Shown here: piece by piece, positions 1 to 8,058 of the stretch | Numbering within the stretch: position 1 is the first letter of the stretch | How the letters are laid out: the number at the start of each line of letters is the position of its first letter | Assembly (NCBI GenBank): GCA_030753015.1 | Contig: JASMDC010000002.1 | Location: forward strand, 164,577 to 184,207 | Length of the DNA: 19,631 nt | Direction of reading: 5' to 3' | DNA from: Candidatus Undinarchaeales archaeon | GTDB lineage: Archaea > SpSt-1190 > JASMDC01 | The notes under the pieces: model-generated | What the model saw: the letters and a program-made list of their open reading frames with translations, nothing else | The model's database searches: none | What the model was told of the DNA's origin: nothing | Made by a program: the position numbers and the translations under genes

Positions 1-523
1 ACGGAACGTGTGCGATGCTCCGCTGACCGTCATCATCAATACAGTAGTTGCGAAGCCGAACTACGCAGTGCTCCCTGACATCGCGAGATTCCTCATTGAT
101 TTCGGTCCGGACTCCATGCAGTTCGACTTCGTCCATCCCATGGGTAACGCTGAAGCCCAAGCGGACACCATCGTCCCGGTCATATCCCAGGCGGCCCAAT
201 ACGTGGCTGAGGCCCTGGACGTGGCCACATCTGCGGGGATCCCCGCCTTCTACGAGGCCATACCCTACTGCCTCATGCCGGATCATAAGCACCAGGCCAT
301 CGAGCTGCATATGGCCTCGTGCGAGGTGCGGGAGCCCGGACGTGTGGAGCGTGAGTACCGGCGGGCACGCAGGGAGGATGACAAACGCAAAGGCCCGCAA
401 TGCCCCGTGTGCCGGTACAACCTGATCTGCGAAGGCGTGTGGCGGGAATACGCCGAGCGTTTCGGGACGGACGAGCTCATCCCCGTCCAGGGCACGCCTG
501 TGTCCCGCGATACCCTTCTCTAG
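1..523 (+). CDS. Radical SAM protein, C-terminal part (HxsC-like, Cys-rich auxiliary-cluster tail); 5' end outside the window
   Basis: Frame is open from position 2. It contains INTVV..PNY, EAIPYC and a C-terminal KxxxCxxCxxxxxCxG-W-x-x-Y-x-x-x-FG-x-x-EL-x-P motif typical of HxsC-like radical SAM proteins. The CxxxCxxC motif is not visible (upstream of the window). Confidence 0.75.
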   Translation, partial: RNVCDAPLTVIINTVVAKPNYAVLPDIARFLIDFGPDSMQFDFVHPMGNAEAQADTIVPVISQAAQYVAEALDVATSAGIPAFYEAIPYCLMPDHKHQAIELHMASCEVREPGRVEREYRRARREDDKRKGPQCPVCRYNLICEGVWREYAERFGTDELIPVQGTPVSRDTLL

Positions 524-2847
524 TCCTGGCTGACGTGTTGGCCTCTTCGAAGCGTGTAAACTGTGACGAGCGCGAGCAGGACGAGCAGCGCGAGCTCGCG
601 CCTCTGGAGCCTGGCCAGCTCGATCTCGCACCTCTCGTCGCTAGCAGCGTCGAGCCTCGCTGGTGCCAAGGGGGGAGTAAGTGTTTCCGGGAGCGGTGCT
701 GTGCCGTTGAGCACGGCCCTTATGAACGGCCCGAGGTCCTCGCCCGATATGGACGATGCCTCTTCGATGACATCGCTCGTCGTTACCGCCCTTCCTGTGC
801 GCCCATATCCCTCGTAGAGACGCTGCATAAGGAGATCGAGACCACGCTCGTCCCCCGTCCGATCAGCGATCTCCTTGTCGAGTAGGTATACCGCCAGTGC
901 ACCTTTTGCATAGAGAGCGTGAAGGGCCTGCGGATCGGTCTCGCTCCGTTCACCGGCGTTCACGAGATCCACGGACCAACCCGGTGACTGGGCTGCACGG
1001 TCGCGGAGCTCACTGAGGAAGGTCTTCTCGTCCCACTCACCGGTCATCATCTGTGTCTTGAGACCATAGTACTCCGCCACGCCCTCACCTATCCATCGGT
1101 CCTTGAGGGAGGCTATGCGGATGGCGCCCATCATCCAGAGATGGATTAGCTCGTGGGCCATCTCGTTGCACTGTTCCCTCGAATCGACCACCACCATGCC
1201 TCCTTCGACCACCCCGTGGCAGAAGCCCGATGAGGGATCGCGTGGATTGATGACTACAACGGAGATGTTGCCACCTGGCCACTCACCGAACACCTTCTGG
1301 CCATAAGGGAGATAGCGCTTGATCCGGTCCACGGACAGCTTGACGCGTTCGGCAGGGATGCCCGCATGGAATATGGAGAAGTTCATCTCTGCTATCTGGT
1401 CGTCCAAGCGCTCGAACCGACCGAGCATGACACGTAACATGCGCACCTCCTTGAACGACAAGTCCTGTGCAACAAATACTCCCGGCTCGTTCTGGAGCAT
1501 CGGTGCAACAGCGTTCCAACCAGCGGGTAGGTCGAAGCGCACCGTCACGTCAGCGATTCGAGCGTTCCGCACTTCTGGTAGCGGCACGGCGAGCGGTACG
1601 ATCCATACGTCATCACCTAGCCGTGCGAAGGAATCGCTCTCTTGAATGGTATGAAGGTCAACCGTGTAATATACGGGTGCGGAGGGGAGGGTGATCCTAA
1701 ATCCACATGTCCCACGACTACGAGCGCGACCTCCTACCGGTGGCCGGATGATGGGGCATGTACCCTGGAAGAAACCCATGTCCAGGAAGCCGTCGGTACC
1801 CTCGACGGTCAGCTTGACCTCCAGATGAGAGCCTTGGCTGTGTTTTATATCCACAGAAAGGGAGGTGACTGGATCTGCGATGGCATTGGTCGTCGTGTTG
1901 AACGCCAAAGGAGCGAAATCGCCCTGATCGTCGGGGTGACCCTCTGTCCATAGGTTCAAGCGCTCGATGTACACCACATCACCGATGAGGACGTGCTCGA
2001 GCGGGAGCATCACCTCGAACACCTCGCCGATGGCTACCACGGCTCCCTCGAGCTTCCGCGGCGGGAACTCGGTACCCTTGTCGTACCATCGCACACCCTC
2101 GCCGTCGATGTTGAGGATTGCGTCACCGAGCGTGAGCTCTATCATGGCGTTGGGTGGCACAATGGTGCCTTTAGTAGATATGGCGAAGTGTAAGTGCGCA
2201 CCCTCTACCTCGAGGTGGATCGTAGTGATGTCCTTGTCCGGTCCGGGAGCATCACCCTCGCTGTCACGTGCAATTGGCTCACCCCATTCGCTGGCAAGCC
2301 CGTCGACCTGATGCGTCCCGACGAGGGCAGGAGCACTGGGATCCACACCGAAGCGCAGAGGGCAGGCATCAGCTACGTCCACCACGCTGGAATCGCTGGA
2401 GACCCAGAGGTTCAGGCGCTCGATCCGTAACGGATCGCCCCGTACCTTCGAGCGGGGGATGGAAAGCTCGATGACCTCGTCGAAGGCCACCTGGGCCTCC
2501 TCGATCCACACGGGTGGGTAGTCCGTCCCATCACGCCACCACCGCACTCCTTTGCGGTCAACGTTCATCACCATGTCCCCCAGGGTGAGCTCGAGCAGGA
2601 GGTCATCGGAACTGAGCTTGTACCATGTACCGACCATCAGGTAGACGGTATCGTTGTCAGCCTCCAAGGAGAATGAGCTTATGTCGAGGCCGGGGACATC
2701 TCGGAGCGTGTCATTGGCCGGATCCTGTACGGCCTTTGAATGGTCCCATTCATCGGAGGTCCCGTCCACTGAGATGGCAGCACCGCACCAGAGCGCTACG
2801 AGGAGAACGAGCACTACAGTTCGTGCGCAACAGTGGCGCATGGGCAT
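520..2847 (-). CDS. Exported, C-terminally membrane-anchored gluzincin metallopeptidase (M1/M61-like) with two N-terminal DOMON/CBM9-like repeats
   Basis: Signal-like N-terminus (RTVVLVLLVALWCGAA). HELIH at 1141-1155 is followed by WIGEGVAEY and YAKGAL. C-terminus is LALLVLLALVTVYTL-RR. Start set at ATG 2847 because it overlaps the upstream TGA (TGATG); the ORF track start at 2859 is an alternative. Confidence 0.8.
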   Translation of the reverse strand: MPMRHCCARTVVLVLLVALWCGAAISVDGTSDEWDHSKAVQDPANDTLRDVPGLDISSFSLEADNDTVYLMVGTWYKLSSDDLLLELTLGDMVMNVDRKGVRWWRDGTDYPPVWIEEAQVAFDEVIELSIPRSKVRGDPLRIERLNLWVSSDSSVVDVADACPLRFGVDPSAPALVGTHQVDGLASEWGEPIARDSEGDAPGPDKDITTIHLEVEGAHLHFAISTKGTIVPPNAMIELTLGDAILNIDGEGVRWYDKGTEFPPRKLEGAVVAIGEVFEVMLPLEHVLIGDVVYIERLNLWTEGHPDDQGDFAPLAFNTTTNAIADPVTSLSVDIKHSQGSHLEVKLTVEGTDGFLDMGFFQGTCPIIRPPVGGRARSRGTCGFRITLPSAPVYYTVDLHTIQESDSFARLGDDVWIVPLAVPLPEVRNARIADVTVRFDLPAGWNAVAPMLQNEPGVFVAQDLSFKEVRMLRVMLGRFERLDDQIAEMNFSIFHAGIPAERVKLSVDRIKRYLPYGQKVFGEWPGGNISVVVINPRDPSSGFCHGVVEGGMVVVDSREQCNEMAHELIHLWMMGAIRIASLKDRWIGEGVAEYYGLKTQMMTGEWDEKTFLSELRDRAAQSPGWSVDLVNAGERSETDPQALHALYAKGALAVYLLDKEIADRTGDERGLDLLMQRLYEGYGRTGRAVTTSDVIEEASSISGEDLGPFIRAVLNGTAPLPETLTPPLAPARLDAASDERCEIELARLQRRELALLVLLALVTVYTLRRGQHVSQD

Positions 2848-3173
2848 CACACACTCCATTTCGGAAGCCTGTTGTCCTCGCGCAACCGGGCGACAGCGCC
2901 CTCAAGGGTCATTGTTGGGAACTCTCGGTCCCATTCTTCCTGACATTCTTCGCACAGAAGGCCCCAACCGTACCCCGTGTCCCATCTCTGGGTAAGATGG
3001 TCCGTGTGAGTGTCCTTGCCGCACCCGGTGCACAGGGCCGGCTGGGCCACAAGCTCTCCGTCCCGTTCGCTCACGACGAACGGGTCCTCGCACTGGGGGC
3101 ACGTGACGATGGCGAACAGGCGCGTCTCCACCCAGCACCCGTGCCCGCAGGCGGGGCACGTCAACTTCGGCAT
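2847..3173 (-). CDS. Small double zinc-ribbon protein (4x CxxC), function unknown
   Basis: 108 aa with CPAC, CPQC, CTGC and CEEC. ATG start, TATA-like TTTAATAT ~22 nt upstream, and stop coupled to the next start. Confidence 0.75.
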   Translation of the reverse strand: MPKLTCPACGHGCWVETRLFAIVTCPQCEDPFVVSERDGELVAQPALCTGCGKDTHTDHLTQRWDTGYGWGLLCEECQEEWDREFPTMTLEGAVARLREDNRLPKWSV

Positions 3174-3195
3174 CGTGTATCCTTTCTAGGGAAAG

Positions 3196-3203
3196 ATATT
3201 AAA
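3196..3203. promoter_or_regulatory. TATA-like box between divergent genes
   Basis: ATATTAAA (+) / TTTAATAT (-), preceded by purine-rich GAAAG. It is the main AT island in the 70-nt gap. Confidence 0.5.
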
Positions 3204-3243
3204 GCATCGGGCCCCGCTGGAATTGGCTGACGGGGATACTGCT

Positions 3244-4104
3244 ATGTATGAGAGTGTTATAGATGGAGATGCGGCAATTGCCCATCTCTACGAGCTTTGC
3301 GAGATAGAGGAGAACACCGGACGTGGTGAGTACATGCGCGAGCAGTTCGAGGCACTGGGCCTCACCACTGAAGTAACCCCCATCAGCTGGTACTCCAACG
3401 AGGATGAGAACGTGTTCGCGGACTACCGCGGCGACCCGGACTCCGACCAGTACCTTGTCGTGTGCGCCCACCACGACACAGTATCCAACTCACCTGGCGC
3501 CAACGATAACGGTTCGGGCTCGGTGATGCTCCTTGAGCTCGCCGACGCGCTCGTGCGCAACGATGCCAAGATCAACATCAGGTTCGCATCCTTCGGTCTT
3601 GAGGAGAAGGGTCTCATCGGTGCGCGTAAGTACGCGGCCGCTCTCAGCGAGGAGGAGAAGTCCTACATCAAGGGCGCTGTCAACCTCGACTGCATCGGTA
3701 ACGGCTCAGACCTCGTCATCATCACCAAGGACTACTATGCTCGGACGACTCCGTGGATAAACGAGGAGATCGAGAAGACCGCCGACTCCATGGGCATCGC
3801 CTATGAGGAGCGTTCCATAGGCTTCGGTGCCAGCGACCAGGCCGCCCTGATCAAGGCCGGGATCGATGCCACCTTCATCTGCCGTATGGAAGGGCACTCC
3901 ATCCCCGACATCCACTCGCCCAATGACAAGCCCGAGAACAATAACCCGGACCAGCTCGCGGAAGTGGGTGACCTCACCTACAACGCCCTCTTCAACATCT
4001 ACAACGCAGAACCGAGGGCTATAGAGGAGAAGGAGGACGCCCCGGAAGTCGCTCCTCCTGATGGGCGCTTCCAGCGCTCCCAGGACTGGCCTATCCTCCT
4101 GTGA
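3244..4104 (+). CDS. M28 family zinc aminopeptidase, cytosolic
   Basis: AHHDTV, PGANDNGSG, EEKGLIG, NLDCIG, SD and IHSPND motifs supply the co-catalytic Zn ligands. No signal peptide. ATG 3244 preferred over TTG 3223. Confidence 0.9.
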   Translation: MYESVIDGDAAIAHLYELCEIEENTGRGEYMREQFEALGLTTEVTPISWYSNEDENVFADYRGDPDSDQYLVVCAHHDTVSNSPGANDNGSGSVMLLELADALVRNDAKINIRFASFGLEEKGLIGARKYAAALSEEEKSYIKGAVNLDCIGNGSDLVIITKDYYARTTPWINEEIEKTADSMGIAYEERSIGFGASDQAALIKAGIDATFICRMEGHSIPDIHSPNDKPENNNPDQLAEVGDLTYNALFNIYNAEPRAIEEKEDAPEVAPPDGRFQRSQDWPILL

Positions 4105-4172
4105 GCACTGAGCCCGGCACCGGACAACGACGATAACGTTCATTAACAACAGCGACGACATAGGAGATACCG

Positions 4173-4454
4173 ATGACAGAGGAGTACGTAGTTTTCGTAG
4201 GTATTAAGCCGCCCATGGCCTATGTCATGGCGGTCTTGACCCAGTTCCAGAGCGGAGCCCATGAGGTCTGTCTCATGGCCCGTGGCAAGTCGATCACCCG
4301 TGCCGTTGACGTGGCCGAGATCGTCAAGAACCGGGCCATGCCGGGTGTCAAGGACACAAAGATCGAGATCGCCACCGAGCACCTCACCGCGGAGGACGGC
4401 AGGAACATCAACGTCTCGACCATCGCCATCACGCTGGCCAAGCCCGAGGCGTAG
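4173..4454 (+). CDS. albA: DNA/RNA-binding protein Alba (Sac10b family)
   Basis: VFVGxKPxMxYV, ARGKSITRAVDVAEIV and NVSTIAI motifs. AGGAG Shine-Dalgarno at ~4162. Confidence 0.96.
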   Translation: MTEEYVVFVGIKPPMAYVMAVLTQFQSGAHEVCLMARGKSITRAVDVAEIVKNRAMPGVKDTKIEIATEHLTAEDGRNINVSTIAITLAKPEA

Positions 4455-4482
4455 GCCCTGGTCATCGAGCGGTCACAACGAT

Positions 4483-4489
4483 TTATAAG
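4483..4489 (+). promoter_or_regulatory. TATA-like box for rnd
   Basis: TTTATAA(G) in a GC-rich intergenic region. The same TTATAAG core recurs at ~5758 and ~10230. Confidence 0.55.
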
Positions 4490-4557
4490 TCATCATCATC
4501 GAGGTCTACTTGTCAACCACGCTGGCCTCCCCGAACAAGACATACGGAGATGACAAG

Positions 4558-5727
4558 ATGACCCTCACGACCGAGCCGGTCTCGGCTACCATCATCGAGA
4601 ACCAGGATGACCTTGAGCCCCTAGCTGTGGTGCTGGCACATCATCCCGTGTTCGCCGTGGACCTGGAAGCGGACGGGCTGCACCATTACGATGAGAAACT
4701 GTGCCTCATCCAGATCTCCACACCGGAGGAGAACTACATAGTGGACGCACTGGCCATGGACGACCTTGGACCGTTGGGGCGTATGCTGTCCGATCCCTCC
4801 GTGGAAAAGGTGTTCCACGGTTGCGCATACGATGTCAGGCTCCTGGCGATGCAGGGGATCACAATACACAACCTCTTCGAGACTCAGGTCGCCGCCCAGC
4901 TCCTCGGCTTCGAGTCAGTAGGTCTGGCATCATTGCTCGGTGACCTGATGAGGATCGAGGTGGACAAGCGGTTCCAGAAGGCCGATTGGTCACGGCGGCC
5001 TCTCAGTCACGACATGCTCGAGTACGCTATCAGGGACACCCACCATCTACTCCAGCTGCGGGACATCCTCGCTAACCGCCTCGAGGGGAAGGGGCGCATG
5101 GAATGGGCGCGTGAGGAGTTCGCGCTCGCCTGCGGTTGTGCTCCCTATGTGGACCCTAAGTCTTCGCTCCTCTATTCCTTCAAGGGCCTTGGTAAGTTCG
5201 ACCGGCGGGGACTGGCTGTGCTCGAGAGCCTCCTCAAGATGCGGGACCATATAGCTCGGAAACGTGACGTCCCTCACTTCAAGGTGGTGGGGAACCGTCT
5301 CCTCAGTGCAATCGTCGAGGCCCGGCCCCGGAACCTGGAGGAACTTTCTCGGGTGCCGGACGTTCGGGACTGGCTAATCCGGCGTCTTGGACGTCAGGTC
5401 GTGGCCGCGGTCAAGGCAGGGATGAACGTTCCCGAATCCAGACTTCCCCTGCCGCCGAAGCGGAAGGGCAGGAGCCGCACGCGCTCGGTGGAGCGCCGGG
5501 TAGACGAGGCGCTCAAACCCGTGCGTGAGGCCAAATCGACAGAGCTTGGACTCGACCCGGGCGTGCTGTGCCCGACCCAGGTGATGTGCGAGGTGGCGCG
5601 CGTGGACCCCCGACGACCAGAGGACCTCGAGGGGATCGAGGGGCTCCGGCGATGGCAGGCGAAGGTGCTCGGCCCTGACTTCATCGAGGCCTTGCGCCGC
5701 TATGGGCATCACGGGCACCGCGGGTGA
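4558..5727 (+). CDS. rnd: Ribonuclease D (DEDDy 3'-5' exonuclease plus two HRDC domains)
   Basis: ExoI DLEAD..HHY..KLCLIQIS, ExoII FHGCAYD, QKADWSRRPL and ExoIII YAIRD. HRDC1 is RDHIARKRDVPHFKV; HRDC2 is ELGLDPGVL...GLRRWQ. GGAG lies upstream of ATG 4558. Confidence 0.92.
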   Translation: MTLTTEPVSATIIENQDDLEPLAVVLAHHPVFAVDLEADGLHHYDEKLCLIQISTPEENYIVDALAMDDLGPLGRMLSDPSVEKVFHGCAYDVRLLAMQGITIHNLFETQVAAQLLGFESVGLASLLGDLMRIEVDKRFQKADWSRRPLSHDMLEYAIRDTHHLLQLRDILANRLEGKGRMEWAREEFALACGCAPYVDPKSSLLYSFKGLGKFDRRGLAVLESLLKMRDHIARKRDVPHFKVVGNRLLSAIVEARPRNLEELSRVPDVRDWLIRRLGRQVVAAVKAGMNVPESRLPLPPKRKGRSRTRSVERRVDEALKPVREAKSTELGLDPGVLCPTQVMCEVARVDPRRPEDLEGIEGLRRWQAKVLGPDFIEALRRYGHHGHRG

Positions 5728-5790
5728 GGACAATCCGGCCCCGGCAGTGAGGTAACCTTATAAGCCTGGCCAGGACGATCAGCGACGGGG

Positions 5791-6105
5791 ATGCCGATGT
5801 ATCGCATGCTCTATATCACCGCGGCTGATGAGAAAGAGGCCGAGGCCATCGCCGCCACCTTGGTGGAGGAACGGCTCGTGGCCTGCGTCACCATGCTCCC
5901 GGTCCGGTCCGTCTACCGATGGGAGGGCGCCGTCCAGCACGATACCGAGACCGTGCTGTTCGCCAAGACACGCGCGGACTTGGTGGAGAGGGCCATGGCG
6001 CGCATCGTCGAGCTCCACTCCTACGAGGTACCGTGCGTGCTGGTCCTCCCAATCGAAGCCGGGCACAGGCCCTATCTTGACTGGGTGGACGAGGTCACCG
6101 AATGA
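5791..6105 (+). CDS. cutA: Divalent-cation tolerance protein CutA
   Basis: LVEERLVACV, SVYRWEG, HSYEVPC and YLDWV motifs. TTATAAG at ~5758. Start is 5791 or 5797. Confidence 0.96.
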   Translation: MPMYRMLYITAADEKEAEAIAATLVEERLVACVTMLPVRSVYRWEGAVQHDTETVLFAKTRADLVERAMARIVELHSYEVPCVLVLPIEAGHRPYLDWVDEVTE

Positions 6106-6914
6106 GCGGTGAGACTCCTCTAGAGGTAAATAAGCGGCTCTGGGATGGTCTGGTCGCGATCAACGCCCGGTCCGCGTACTACGATGTCGAGGGCTTCAAA
6201 TCGGGGAAGAGCACCCTTCGGAGCATCGAGCGCGAGGCGCTGGGTAACGTGAGGGGCAAGCGGCTGATCCATCTCCAGTGTCACTTCGGGCTCGACACTC
6301 TCTCGTGGGCCCGGCTCGGTGCGAATGTGACGGGTGTGGATATATCGGGCAAGGCCATCGAGCTGGCGCGCTCCCTTGCCAGTGAGCTGGGCATCGAGGC
6401 CACGTTCGTGCAGGCCGCGGTGGACGACCTTCCGGATGTGCTGGATGGGACCTTCGACATCGTGTTCACCTCATATGGGGTGCTGTGCTGGTTGCCGGAC
6501 CTCGAGCGCTGGGCCAAGGTAATCGCCCATGTCCTTGAGCCCGGGGGTACCTTCTTCATCGCCGACTTTCATCCCTTCCTCACGACTTTCCACAGCGAAC
6601 GGGGTGCAGACCTTCTCGAAGTGGCCAGCTCCTACTTCCCCGGTGACGGACCCGTGCGATGGGACGATCTTCCCTCCTACGCAGATCCGTCCATTACCGT
6701 CCCCGGTCCATCGTACGAGTGGACCCATACGCTGGGGGACGTGGTATCGGCCCTGGCAGGTGTCGGCCTGCGCGTCAGACGACTCGAAGAGTATCCTGTG
6801 TGCACCTACGCCTACTTCCCTTTCATGGAGGAGGGCGAGGACGGGTGGTGGCGGCTCAAAGGACAGAAGGGCTCCGTCCCATTGATGTTCTCGCTCCTGG
6901 CCACGAAGGACTGA
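6102..6914 (+). CDS. Class I SAM-dependent methyltransferase
   Basis: HLQCHFGLDTLSWARLGA.VTGVDIS (motifs I/II), FDIVFTSYGVLCWLPDL and LEPGG. ATGA overlap with cutA. Confidence 0.92.
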   Translation: MSGETPLEVNKRLWDGLVAINARSAYYDVEGFKSGKSTLRSIEREALGNVRGKRLIHLQCHFGLDTLSWARLGANVTGVDISGKAIELARSLASELGIEATFVQAAVDDLPDVLDGTFDIVFTSYGVLCWLPDLERWAKVIAHVLEPGGTFFIADFHPFLTTFHSERGADLLEVASSYFPGDGPVRWDDLPSYADPSITVPGPSYEWTHTLGDVVSALAGVGLRVRRLEEYPVCTYAYFPFMEEGEDGWWRLKGQKGSVPLMFSLLATKD

Positions 6915-6928
6915 GTATCCCGGCCCGA

Positions 6929-7912
6929 TCACCGGGTCAGCTTGATCGTGTTCCAGATGACGTGGGGCTCGAGGGAGAAGAGGAAGTTGAAGTCGGACGT
7001 GGAATAGCTCCAGCATCCTGGGCACGGTCCCATCGTGATCTCGTCCCACGCCTTGCGGAATCCCTTGTCAAGGAGGTTGTTGGGCGGTGACTTGTCCTTG
7101 TTCTCCAGGCACCCAAAAACATCGCCGTTCGCATCGATGTGACAGAACAGCTTGCCAGCCCAGCACCTGAAGTCCATCGTCTGCTGGGGGAAGTGCAGGA
7201 AATAGTTCAGGGCTGTAGTTGAGTTACCCACCCTCCGTCCCTCGGCCTTACGCTTGAGGATGAGATCTATCGTTGCTCGATATGCCTCGAGCGGTGGGAC
7301 GAGGTCCTTTACATAGGGGCCGGAGTCTGCCCGCGGGGAGACCGGGTGGAAGTAAGCAATCATGTCATGCTCTTCAGCAAGGTCTAGCATGTAGTCGACC
7401 ACGTGGAGGTTATGCCTGGTGAGTACGGTCATGGTCCATACGATGAGGCCAGCCTCCTTACCGGCCTTGATTGCACGGATGGCCGCGGCATGGCTCCCCT
7501 TCCCGCGCTGGATGTCATGGTACTCTTCGGGACCGTCCAGGCTGATATGAAGATGGTCCAGTGTCTTCAGCTGGTCGATCTTCCTAGGAACGAGGATCCC
7601 GTTCGAGCCCAGACCGACGTTGATACCGCGCTTATGGATATGGTCGACGATCTGACCGATGTCATCACGGACGAGCGGCTCGCCACCGAAGATGGAGATG
7701 CGAACGCAGCCCATGTCGGCCAGTTCGTCCACGAGATCAAGGAGCTCCTTGGTGGTCATCTGACGGCGCTTGGTCTTCCAGATAGCGCAGTACTTGCACT
7801 TGAGGTTGCATGAGTCGTTGCTCATGAGCACGACCGAGACGGGAGTCTTGGTGCCGAATATGTGGGACTTGAATATTGCCCATCCTGCCCTGACCTTGTT
7901 CCTGAGCCTCAT
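6929..7912 (-). CDS. Radical SAM protein with SPASM/twitch-type C-terminal domain
   Basis: CNLKCKYC, GGEPL, ISLDG and CWAG..FCHIDANGDVFGC...CPGC. ATG 7912 chosen because TATA-like TTAATAAA lies ~25 nt upstream. Confidence 0.9.
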   Translation of the reverse strand: MRLRNKVRAGWAIFKSHIFGTKTPVSVVLMSNDSCNLKCKYCAIWKTKRRQMTTKELLDLVDELADMGCVRISIFGGEPLVRDDIGQIVDHIHKRGINVGLGSNGILVPRKIDQLKTLDHLHISLDGPEEYHDIQRGKGSHAAAIRAIKAGKEAGLIVWTMTVLTRHNLHVVDYMLDLAEEHDMIAYFHPVSPRADSGPYVKDLVPPLEAYRATIDLILKRKAEGRRVGNSTTALNYFLHFPQQTMDFRCWAGKLFCHIDANGDVFGCLENKDKSPPNNLLDKGFRKAWDEITMGPCPGCWSYSTSDFNFLFSLEPHVIWNTIKLTR

Positions 7913-8016
7913 CGCCGGTGGTTGGTAGGAGGTAAGATTTATTAAGGAACCGGACGGGTCCCGATAACGGGAACGTGAGAACGCACTCCCGAAACGCGCG
8001 AGTTCGTTTCGCAAAC

Positions 8017-8025
8017 TATATATAA
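8017..8025 (+). promoter_or_regulatory. TATA box with BRE-like GCAAA
   Basis: GCAAAC-TATATATAA, then an AGGTGA Shine-Dalgarno before ATG 8059. Confidence 0.65.
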
Positions 8026-8058
8026 CCCCTTAGGGACTTACTATCACTAGGTGACACC

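Noticed and set aside
520-620. Possible archaeosortase (PGF-CTERM) signal on the peptidase
   Set aside because: TM+RR is present, but no PGF/PEF-type motif precedes it.
7913-8014. TTG-start N-terminal extension of the radical SAM gene
   Set aside because: It runs through the promoter region. ATG 7912 fits the TATA spacing.
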